NCBI GenBank assembly: GCA_020536535.1
Contig: JAHLWZ010000941.1
Location: 1 to 40,140, forward strand
Direction: 5' to 3'
DNA length: 40,140 nt
Source: Pelomyxa schiedti
Taxonomy: Eukaryota > Protista > Evosea
Shown: positions 22,677 to 33,501 of the stretch, one piece after another
Numbering within the stretch: the first letter of the stretch is position 1
Layout: each line of letters starts with the position of its first letter
Notes under the pieces: generated by a model
What the model saw: only the letters and a program-made list of their open reading frames with translations
Told to the model about the DNA's origin: nothing
The model's database searches: none
Program-made: the position numbers and the translations under genes

Positions 22677-23971
22677 TTATTGCTTTTTCTTATCTTTTGG
22701 TGTATGTTTGGTGGTTGGGTGGTAAGATAGTGCAATTATACTTGCGGGAACCACAACTGAACAGGCCAATAAGCACAATACACAGAGGCCGGAATTAGAT
22801 GTAACACCATGGCGTAGCAGGACCATTGAACCAGCGACAATCAAGTTCACCTGAACAACAAGTGAAGTACAGTAGAGAGAACAGGAATACAATCGGCTGA
22901 GCCCGTTGCCGGAAAACCACCAGCCCCACCATTGCCGTGACAACATTTTCCTTGGGCCTGTGGCAGAGTCTTCATATATAATTCCCAAAAATCGGCTTCC
23001 AAATGGCTGCCTCCAAACCGTTGCGCACATCAAGCAGTAAACAGCAGTAAAACACGGAAGCGGTGTCAAAAATGCCGGAGGGAGGACTACTCCCCGCAGA
23101 ACTGTCAGCGCGCAAAAGTCAATCTGCCACGCAATACATATTGCCGTGGAATTTCGCACTATAGTCCACAGCCATGACTGGTTTGTACTTGCCTGAATGA
23201 TGATACTCACCCCAATGAAAAGCAATACAAGTGCCAGCACGGTAATTACGACGTTGTGCTCGTACACCAGATTGCATATCACTCTAAAAACTGCGCGGGA
23301 GGCAAAAAGCCACAGGACTTCACTGCTATGTACCGTGCCCACATATCCTTCCTCCAAAAACGGGCACGCGGAACTGCTGAAATCTTGTATGGCTGCAGAA
23401 GTAGGTAGTTTAGTGACTTCCCACGCTTTTGGAGAAATAGTCATGAACGCAGCCCAGTTCTGGTCTCCAACAAATGAAGTTATAAAGAATGCCCAATCAG
23501 CTAGAGAAAGCACAGAGGGCTTCAAGAAAAGGAACCATGACACAGAGTGGCAAAACCACCTCAAGTCCTCTTGTGAGTGTTTGTCAAGGCCACTGAATTC
23601 TTTCCCTTCTCTGAGGATATACAGTCAGTAAAATGGCACCTTGGGTTTTTCCTTTTGGTTTTTCTTTAAAAAAAATGGAACCTTATGGAGATGAGTGCCT
23701 CCAAAATCCTATCTTCTAAAGACAAAGTCTCCATCTCGTCTTCCTCAGTGTCCCTCTCGTCACCAACAATCTCTGCCTCAGTCTCCCAACTCTCATGTGT
23801 CGTCATCTCCATCTCCCCGCCGCACGTTTCGGTCTCAATCTCGACCTCGGTCCCAGTCACAGTCCCATCCTCCAGCGTGCACGACACCAGTCTAAACATC
23901 AACACAAAAACAGCAGAGGCGGCGATAAGTACATTGTGGGTCGTGCATCGTCTCCTGGCGTGCGGCGTCAT
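22677..23971 (-). CDS. Multi-pass membrane protein with N-terminal signal/acidic region and RDD-like domain
   Basis: ORF 23666-23971 (hydrophobic N-terminus, acidic stretch) splices AG|gttcca...cctcag|A into ORF 22677-23564. IVRNSTAICIAWQIDF and VYCLMCATVWRQPFGSRFLGIIYEDSATG resemble the RDD R..A..ID and GQTxGKxxxGI motifs. Confidence 0.55.
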
Positions 23972-24144
23972 TCGGCTCGTTCACAACGAAACAACAAAAA
24001 TTGGAATTGAAAATTAGAATAGAATGGACACAGAAACACGGCACACTACCCATCTTGTTATTTACACCACAACAAATGCAGAGTGGCGGGGAGCAAAATT
24101 AATCAGTACATGTACTGAGTGCCTGAAGGTTGGTTGGTTGGTTG

Positions 24145-24700
24145 TTACTCTTTGGCGGATGGATTTTGGATAACAATGAGAGTGTAGTCTTTGTCAGGTG
24201 CTATCATTATCTCGTCCTTTGTTGTCCGGATTCGCAGGAAGTTCAAATCATTCTGGGGATTGAAGTTATTTGGCAGTCACAGGATTAATACAAGCAAAAA
24301 ATGATGGAAAGCAGTGCTATGTGGGTTGGTTATTACCGTTGGATCAAGGGTCTTAACAGCCGTTCTTGCATTGATTGAGAGCTGTGATACAAGCCCGGCG
24401 TACAGTTGGGTTCTCGTATTGTCCAACGTCGTTCTAATTGGTATCCCACTGCTGTTTATAATTACAACTCCAATAACCCCTACATGAGTAAGAAATAAAA
24501 TACAAGAAGCCAACAACATCATAGGACGCCCAAAGCAAAACCAAAAAACACAAACAGTATTGCTGTCGTGGTGCATGAACGTGGAATAAATCCCATAATG
24601 TCACCTTTGTGAGACTCCACTCGTCGCAAAAGCTCCTCTACCTCCGACTGCGCGCCCCTATTAAGTTTACACACAAGAATGTAGCTACAAGACACACCAT
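24145..24700 (-). CDS. DYNLRB: Dynein light chain roadblock-type (LC7)
   Basis: M|[14 protein letters not shown]|[48 protein letters not shown]|[35 protein letters not shown]. The intron falls directly after the ATG. Confidence 0.93.
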
Positions 24701-24750
24701 TGAGTGAATGACTTGTGGGACTGCGCTTTTGCGCGGCACCGAAGCGTTTA

Positions 24751-26112
24751 TCACGACGAATAGTTAGGAATTAGCAAAGAACTTTGGAACCAAAAAAGTT
24801 TTTCGTGGCTATTTGTACAATAGGGAACCGGGTTCCTTAAGAAGCGTTCCTTAAACGGATTTCGTGGCGGCGCTGGAGGTAACACAAGCTTTTTGTGTGT
24901 CAAAGTTTGTGTGTGAGTAGTTCTTACACACATTAAAACTGCAACAAAGAGGGAAATTCCAATGGCACCAAAGACGCTGCAAAGAATTACAGCTAGCTGC
25001 CAGTCAGAACCTGAAAAGTATTGTAAGGACCCCTAAAACCAAGCAAAGGAGTAAGACTTTCAAAAATAGATAATCCCAGCTCTGGATCATGGTATAAGTC
25101 CCCTTGAAAGTGACTGTACATCACACCGTACACATGCTTTGTTGAACTGGACTCCCTGTCCAGTGCCATAACGGAGGACACCTGAGTGGAGTTGATTATC
25201 CAGCCAATGAGAAAAGTGGTAATCTTACCTCACCAGAAGTAGCCTGTGCTACTGGGTTCAAATAGAAGTAAGTGGATCCAAAGCGAAGGGCACTGGAGTT
25301 CCCAGTTCCAATGTCTAGTAAGGTTACATGTGGTAGTAAAGCAGCAACTTACCCTTTGAACTGCCAGCGAAAGCAAAATCAAAGCCCAGTTCAGCAGCAG
25401 AGTTGTTGCATAACCACCGGTATTTAGTTATTGATATGTCTATATTTATGTTTACAGTGAGGTAGAGAAAGAGTTTACAAACCAAACTTCATCATTGATA
25501 ATACAAGATCATTAGAACTATTTGAAGGGGGTGTTGTATGGTCATCCCAGAGCGTGTGGATGAAAGTAAGACGTTCAAAGTTACTCCCATTGACAGTGAT
25601 TTGAAAAGTTACATCAGTATTTCCTTCAGACTGGTCGCTTTGTGAGAGAGCTTCTGGATCAGTGGACACCCAGCCAGTTGGGAGCCCAATTTCAACGCAA
25701 GGTTCTACGGCTTGGCTGTCACTCAGCTCAGCCTCCAATATGCCAATGAGCGAGACAGTGTAACGTGTATCATCCACCTTCACATAGAGAGGGAAAAAAA
25801 ATCAGTAACAACATGCATCGACCACTACACTACTCACAGTGCCGTTCTCGGTAGTCCTCCAATATCTATACACAGGTGCAGTGTTCGTATCATATTCTAT
25901 GATAAAGGTAAATTCAAAAAAATAAGTAATGCAAACAGCAAAATAAGAAAAGTAGTGTGAGGCATATGGGCACCAAAGTGGATTCCCGACACAGTCAAGC
26001 AAGTCCAAGTTGGTGCACTGTACGAGCACGACATGGAAACAACAACAGGAATCCAAATCGCCACCGAAACCAATCCCACGCACACGCAAAGCCACGACCT
26101 CAAACACCCCAT
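24751..26112 (-). CDS. Hypothetical type I membrane (glyco)protein
   Basis: Signal-like MGCLRSWLCVCVGLVSVAIWIPVVVS; beta-rich exons (ORFs 25475-25783 and 24993-25181) ending MYSHFQGDLYHDPELG; TM segment WQLAVILCSVFGAIGISLFVAVLMCV; cytoplasmic tail in ORF 24751-24933. Confidence 0.6.
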
Positions 26113-26523
26113 CACGAGGCTATTCGAATTGGAATCGACTTTGTGATCAGGAAAAAAAAACCAACTACCCCACGAATCATGGGTTTTCACTTGTGAGGAA
26201 CGGGCCTACGAGTGATGGGAGTGGCATCGAGGGAGGTGTTCTTAACCAAGTCTGGGGAGATCTCATCCGACGCTGGGTGTTTCCTTTGAGGTTGATCAGA
26301 CAGAAGATTGCATTTGAAGTTCACCGACGCTGGTGGAAAGTACTGAACACCTTCCCCACAATCACATCACACGTCCGCACTAAAAATAAAATGCAGGCTC
26401 GGTTCTATACCTTGGCAAACCAAACCGAAGAGAACCGAAAAACAAAACCGACGTACCTACGTCCTTGGTGAGGGGAAAAAAAAAAACCCAATTTCAAGCA
26501 CGAAACGGATTGATTTGTAACCG

Positions 26524-27130
26524 ATGGGAGACGACTACAAACGCCAGACAGATGAAATCCCTTCCACTTCTGGTTCTACGTTGAACCCGTTGACACGGAA
26601 GCCACACACAAAAGAAATCCAGAGCCGCGGCATTTTGCGGCTCCCGAATGATTTGCGCGCTTTGATACTCTTAGTCCTTTGTGTTGGCATGGGTGTACTT
26701 GGTATCTTGTCATTCTTTTGCGGTGGAATTCTGAGGTAAAGCTGTCAATCTATCCGAAACAAACCCAACAAAAAACCTCATATTCCTACAGCTGGTTTGT
26801 CGCTATTGGCTCTATTGCCTGTGCAGTATTTGGTGTTATTGGTGCTTATCTTCAAAACGCCTTCTGCTTCTTTCTTGTACCATCCTCCCTGTTTCTTGCT
26901 AAAACCTTACTCCAACATTTCAGTGTATGGGTGGATTCATATGCATTTCGATTCTCTGCTTGATTTCATTGATATTCAATCATGGGAGTTATGAAATCGG
27001 CGTATATCTTTCTGATTGTTTTGTTGGGGTAAGTCCTTCCACATTACATACATGAAACACTAATGGTCCTTAGCTTGCCACCGCCTTTGTATGTTTTATG
27101 ATGAGGGGTTATTCTCTAAAACCCTGTTGA
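26524..27130 (+). CDS. Small four-TM hypothetical membrane protein
   Basis: Spliced: ...ALILLVLCVGMGVLGILSFFCGGILS|WFVAIGSIACAVFGVIGAYLQNAFCFFL|CMGGFICISILCLISLIFNH...CFVG|LATAFVCFMMRGYSLKPC*. Confidence 0.6.
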
Positions 27131-27515
27131 TATCTTTGATTACCTTATTTTAAACACTACTAGTCTTAAAAATCAATCTCCAATTTAAAGGAGGATACTT
27201 TTGTGAAACAAACAAACCTTTGCTTCTCCATGCACCCGGGTGTGGACTGATGTTTTGCAATACACTTTTTTTTTGTGTGGTCTTTCAGCGTTCTGTATCG
27301 GAATTATCCTTGAAAGGTAGGGGCTGTCCTACAGTGCATTTTTGGAACTTTACCTTCCTTTTTCGCTATTCTGCTATCCCCCAAAACTAGCTTCTACATC
27401 GACGAACCTTCTATCTTTCCGATTTATATTCGCTGTCCACGGAAATTACACCTCATAAAAATAAAAAAGCACACAAAGAGACCCTTCAGAGGCCAAGTAG
27501 TCAGCAACAACAGCA

Positions 27516-28989
27516 ATGTCAGCCCACGTAACCATCAAGGTATCAGGCAACGTCGACCACCACGCAGCCGAAGCCATGGGCCACGCCATGGGGCACGGCA
27601 TGGAGCACGCGATGGAGCACGCCATGGAGCACGCCGCGCACGACGCCATGCACGCCGCGGTCAACGTGACCGCCGCCGCGGCCGTCACCGCCGCCGTCGC
27701 CTCGGGCGCCCACGTCGACGTCCACCTGGGCGGCGGCCACGGGCCCCACGTGCACCTCGGCAAGGTCGAGGGCGACATCAGGCTGCTCATGAACAAGGGC
27801 TTCTACGTCGCCGGCGAGCGCGTCGAGGGCACCGTGGACATCACGCTCAGGACCCCGGCCCCGATGGGATCGTCCATCAAGATCAGGTGGAAAGGATTCG
27901 AGAGGACTCTGATTGAGAACACAATCGTCGACGCCTCCGGAGCCAAGCAGACAAACAAATACAAGGCAAGGGGAATCCATTAATATCATTATATTACGTG
28001 GTTATGTTATATTACGAATAATAGTATGTACAGAACTGTTTATGAGACCATAGCAATAATTAAAATTGTTCGCGATCAAATTTTTGACTGTTTTTCAGGA
28101 TGACCACACATTCTTCAAGGACGAGTCTGTTCTTTATAATATTGTTACCCCTATGATCCCTGGTCACTACAACTACCCGTTCTTCTATCAGCTCCCTGCA
28201 AATCTTCCTGGTGTTTTCTTTGATGAGCGCCGTGAGTGGGATAATGACAAAGTCAAGGCTGCCATTATGTACAAGGTACATCATTGATTTTGTCTTTGAA
28301 TTCAGTGTTTAATTCGATTCTCTAGGTAAAGGTCTGGCTTGATGTTCCCGGCAAGGACCTCAAGAGAACCGAAAAGATCACAATTAGTGAGGCCCTCTGC
28401 AAGACTCCCCAGGTAAACAACACCTTCATCATAAGTTTCTTTCTGACTCTACCTATTAAGCCTCTGCATGACAAGAAAGAGAAGGGATTCCTTCTGTCCA
28501 AGGGAAAACTGAAAATGGAGTACTGGATGACCAAGAACATTTTCTGCCCAGGGGAGGGCATTCCGATCAAAATCAAGGTTGACAACGAGAGCCACAAGAA
28601 GGTGAACCACATCAAAGTGAAGCTGATGCGTGATTTGGAAATCAAAGCCAAACACATGGTGAAGAGAATCACTGAGGAAATCTCTCGCGAAGCTTGGCCT
28701 GGTGTTGCCGAGAAGAGCGAAGTTGAGAACACCTTCAACTTCCCACTCAAGGCTACTGTTTTCCCAACGTAAGGATTCCCTCATCAATAACACCACAAAA
28801 ATCATATCTAACTACCTCAAATACAGAACCCATGGGCACCTTGTGGAGTGCAAGTACCACCTTGACCTCGAATGCGATGTTCCAATGGCTGTTGATCTTG
28901 AACACCACGTTCCCATCACCATTGTTCTCATGCCAACACTTGGTGTACCAATTAACCTCTATGCCACCTACACTCCTCATGGATGGTAA
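27516..28989 (+). CDS. Arrestin-domain protein (Arrestin_N + Arrestin_C) with His/Met-rich N-terminal repeat
   Basis: FYVAGERVEGTVDI, IKIRWKGFERT, PGHYNYPFFYQLPANLPGVF, IMYKVKVWLD, FCPGEGIPIKIKVDNESHKKVNHIKVKLMR, PT|THGHLVECKYHLDLECDVP..DLEHHVPITI. Confidence 0.9.
27573..27656 (+). repeat. 12-nt coding tandem repeat (GCCATGGAGCAC-like) encoding (H-A-M-E/G)n
   Basis: gccatgggccac gccatggggcac ggcatggagcac gcgatggagcac gccatggagcac. Confidence 0.85.
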
Positions 28990-29074
28990 CACTACCCCGT
29001 GACTTTTTGTCCCAGATAATAGCAGCTTTTCTTTACTTCAAATTTTGATTCGTAGATGGAAAGGGGCTGAGAAA

Positions 29075-30986
29075 TTAGTGTCTTGAAGAATTTTTACTAC
29101 AGACATCGGTGATAGTGGTGGCAAATATAGAAAAGGTTTCTAGTGCAGAGGGTTCTCTCCTTGGAGTGGATCTACGTGAGTAGAGCCAGTATATTACAGC
29201 CAGAGTCCCGAGCAAAATATACACAATAGTTACAATAGGGTCCATTTGTGAAACTACAACAAGGCCAAGAAAGTAGCAAAAGCAGAGCCAGAATATTCTC
29301 CACGAGCTGGCAGCAGAAGAATCACTCGCCGGTGGTGTATCAAAGAGTTTCGGCGTCAGACGGAGAAAAGTGAACACCCCTGCTTTATAGTGATTCGCAT
29401 TTGTAATTATTCTATCAAAAGCGGCTTGATCATAGCACTCAAGAGCATTCTCTGCATCAAAAGTTTTCATTCCACAGGAATCGGCAGCCTCTCTGACTAG
29501 AAAAGATGGTTTTTATTAAAAGTAAAGAGGGAGAGTGAAGTACTTTCAGAAAGCAGCTTATCGGGGTCACTTCTGGCTTCCTGGCACCCCGCTTCCAACT
29601 CGGTTGTCTTTTCAAAACATGTAAAGATTAAACCCACACCCAGTTTCTGCATCATAGCCAAGAAGGGTTGGTAGCCGTGTGTGTATCTGAAGTGATCAGA
29701 TGATAGAAACAGTAAGTTCAGTCTCCATACCCTGCGGTAAGCTCCGCAGCATGTGACGCTGTTTTCTTAAGCCAATGTATTCCAGAGAGTTTTGCACAAA
29801 GTTTCACGTTTGTACCAGCGAATACCCTAACTAAGACAAGATTAAACAAATGCAGTTGTTTATTTAAGATAAAAACCTGCAGCTTGCAAGACATTGTCAC
29901 CATGGTCGATCAATTGGCGGGAATAATACTTCAAAAAGGTTTGGCCTGGTGGGCAATTCCAACCTTCGCTGAAAGAATTTAGGAAAAAATATTAAATTAG
30001 CAGTAGAAACCAGAAAAAGGCTACATTCTCTGGGGCAAAACTGTAGGGGCTCTCAATACTCGCCGCTGAAGAAAACGCCTCTCGAGGTGGAATTTTTACA
30101 CTTGCGGCAGCAGCTTTCTCCAGGAACACTTTGTCGTATGCCTGAAAAGCACCCACGCCAGGGTACTTCCAGCGGTCCAAGATATAACCAGGATATCTTA
30201 ATTCGCCACAGGGGCCAAGACCAACATGCACTTCCTTAATTACACTATAATAGGTGAGATGGACAAACCAACTCCGCGAAGAAAAAAGACCTTCCCAGCA
30301 GGCCCTCCTCAATCATCGCGTCCCGGAAAGCTTGCATGAAGTCCGAGTACATCTTCAGCCCAGTTTTCCAAAGAGGAGCAGGGGTTCCCTCCACAGGCAC
30401 TTGCAGATTGTCTGCTGATATAGATAGACACTCAGGATCCGCAGTTCCCCATGCATCCACAAAATAGAACCCCGCATTTGACCTGAGATTATTGGTGAAA
30501 TGGCGAAGATAAAATTTATCAGGTGCGGGGGGTGAGTCCCAGTAAAGAAACTAGAGGAAAAGAGGAAGCCGGGGGGGAAAAAAAATACAGAGGCGGGAGC
30601 CAAGTTGGCAGTGGGACCCTGACAGTGTCGCCGACGTTCATCCCACAGCCGTGGAATGACATGATGCACGCGACGTCGGCGGCGCCGCCGCGCGCCGCGC
30701 ACCTGACCGCACGCGCGACGCGGGAGAAGTCGTACTCGCCGGGCCTGCGCTCGCAGTCGCCCCACCACACGTCGAGGGACAGGCCGAGCGCCGCGGCGCG
30801 CGGGGAAGATGCGGCCAGGCGGTCGACCAGTACCTTGAGGGAGGCGCCCGTCCAGTCTGCAGAGTCCGCGGACACAGAGGCATCGAGTGGGGCCATTACG
30901 CGGAGGAAGACTGCACCGTCGCTGCTGGGTGGTATTGTGGGAGTCGCTACCCCCTGAGCTGTTTTGCCCAACGCCTGCTTGTCCAT
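29075..30986 (-). CDS. Beta-amylase (GH14) with two C-terminal hydrophobic segments
   Basis: [94 protein letters not shown]. Both catalytic Glu motifs (GELRYP, ENAL) are present. Start Met uncertain. Confidence 0.92.
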
Positions 30987-31161
30987 AACACCTTGGAGAT
31001 TTTTTATGCTTTGTAAAGCCACGGCTGGGAGCGCTTTAAAAGCGGTTTTGTCCGCCAAGTTCCGGCCGAGCAAGTTCCGGGGTCGTGCAAGTTTGTTGAT
31101 TCAGGGAAAATGGAAAGCGAACGAACCTCATTCGAGTTCCCCCGCATTGATTATTTGATCG

Positions 31162-33407
31162 ATGGCGTCAATTACCGAGAGCAAGAACCCACTCACGGGA
31201 GACATGGACGTGGTGTGCCGTCGCAGCCCTGCTGAATTTGTCACGTTGTTGAGGAACGTGGACCTCACCCAACTCTTTTCCCCTCCCACCCCCGGAGGCG
31301 ACCCCGTAGTCAACGCGACCACCGCCAACACCACCAATACAACCACGGACGTGGGTTATGTCGACGGCATTATGTCTCTCGCCTTCATCGATGCCATAGA
31401 CCGATTCGCCAGGGCCACGGCGGCGCCTCCCACAATTGCGACCGGAAGCAGCGACTGCGGTGGGAAAGGTCACGGCACTCTGGTGGTGTTTGGGGGTGCG
31501 GGCACAAGCGGGCGGCTGGCTTACTTGTGCGCCCATAATTTCCAGAGGGCGTTTGATGCTTGTGCCCCAGATCGAGGCTTTAAGCTGAGGTACCTTATTG
31601 CCGGCGGTGACAGGGCTCTCATTGGTTGGCTTAGCTCTCCTTCATTCTCTCGCTATTTTTCTATATCTATCCCCTTTTCTTCTAATAGACATTTCTCACT
31701 AATGGGAATCCAGCTTCACAGGAGAGTGCTGAGGACAATGCTTTGAAGGCTAGGGAAGAACTGCACTGCCTAATTGAGAAAGAAAATCCCCAGAAAGTAG
31801 TCTATGTGGGAATCACATGTGGTCTATCTGCCCCGTATGTTGCTGGACAGGTTAGTTTTTTCGTTCTCCGTCTATTGCTCTTGTCTCATTACACATATCT
31901 AACCAGGTCAAGTATTTACTGGAACTAGCAGACTCTCCTTCTGGGCATCCCGATTTTTTGTGCTCAATTCTTGGCTTTAATCACCCACACATGGCAAGGA
32001 AGATACCAATTACCGGGGTCACCTACACATTCTCAGATATTGTCACAGAGCTCCTATCACGCTCAACTGCTGGAGATGAAAGATTCCTTTTGCTGACCCC
32101 CATGTGACACTTTATTTTCTTTCCTTCCTTTTAAAGTAACATCCACAAAAAAGATATGGACCTGAGGCGCTTACAGGATCTACTCGCATGAAAGGTGGAA
32201 GTGCTACAAAGATTATTCTTGACACCATGATGACTCTAACTCTCTGCCATGTGAAAAGTGCCCCCCTTCCAAATCCACATCCCTTTAAAGTATTCCAGCA
32301 CACTGCTGAGCAAATATACACACCAGAAGCGATATCTGGTATTGCTTCAGGAATTTCATTGGTTGGTAGAACACTGAACTCCAGAGGGAAAGTGATTTAT
32401 TTGGCTGCATCATCCCTTGGATTAGTAACACTTATTGATGCATCAGAGTGTGTTCCAACATATGGTGCACACTGGGATGACGTACGTGCATTTGTGCCTG
32501 GTGGCTGGGGCACAGTGGGAAATGCAGAAGGAGACATGGCTTCCTGTGGGGAGTCGTACAAGATATCTATGGAGGATTTTACAGAAACCGTGGCTTCGAG
32601 CCTTACAGCTATGGATACAGTTATCATATTTGTTTGTGCGGATATTACACATATGGGAGCTCAATCTGTGCAAAAATTACAGGGAGCTCTTCACAGAACC
32701 TTACCCTCCAAAGCATCTGTGCTATCCTTTGTATTTGGCGCACAATCCGCCTATTCCCCGCAGCTTCAGGGCCTCGTTGATGACCTAAAAACGAGCACAG
32801 TATGCACTCCAATACCCCTGGATTTTCTGTTCGTTACACCACCGCCACCAACGGACTCGGAAGTTCTCATTCCGTCATACCTAGAATTCGCCGCCAAACT
32901 AGTGGCGAATGCGCTCACTACCGGTGGGTTCACTCTGGCAGGCAAGGTGTACCACAATATCATGATTGATCTAAGAGTAAGCAACGTAAAGCTGGTGTAT
33001 CGGGCTGTGGGCATCATTGAATCCCTCACAGGGGTATCCCGAGATATAGCTCAACAATCTCTCCTCCGCTGTGTATGTACCACACACCCCACTTACTCAT
33101 AATCATTATTAATTTCCCCGGTACCAAGCATTACTTTCTACTTCGCCTCCACCCCACTTAATATAAATTAGAATCCACACACCCAAAACCAACCCATTAC
33201 CATAAGATATACGAGATGGATGCAGTACCCGACCAAATTACACAGTCGCACCCCTCAGCACACGTGGAGGCAGTCAGGGGCAAGGACAAAATCGTGCCCC
33301 TGGCCGTGATACTGTCAGTGTGCAACACCCTCAGTCTCTCACAAGCCCAGGCCAAGCTAGCCGCCGAGCCTGTAGTCCGCTCTCTAATTGAATCCCTAAC
33401 AAGCTGA
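31162..33407 (+). CDS. GCKR: Glucokinase regulatory protein-like double-SIS protein (GCKR/MurQ superfamily)
   Basis: GGAGTSGRLAYL, YLIAGGDRALI|ASQESAED, VGITCGLSAPYVAGQ, LGFN, GPEALTGSTRMKGGSATKIILD, IDASECVPTYGAHWDDVRAF, GKVYHNIMIDLRVSNVKLVYRA, KDKIVPLAVI. Confidence 0.88.
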
Positions 33408-33501
33408 GGCCTAAACGGCGAGTACAAATCGGATAGAAAAAGAATTAGGTTTTTGTGCCACTTTCATCGCCGACAACTTTCGGCACCACAAAGTTGGTGC
33501 G

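Noticed and set aside
26010-26471. 153-aa plus-strand ORF with duplicated CCGACGCTGG
   Set aside because: It overlaps the start of the minus-strand membrane protein gene, has a non-ATG start and no recognisable motif. It is more likely divergent promoter DNA.
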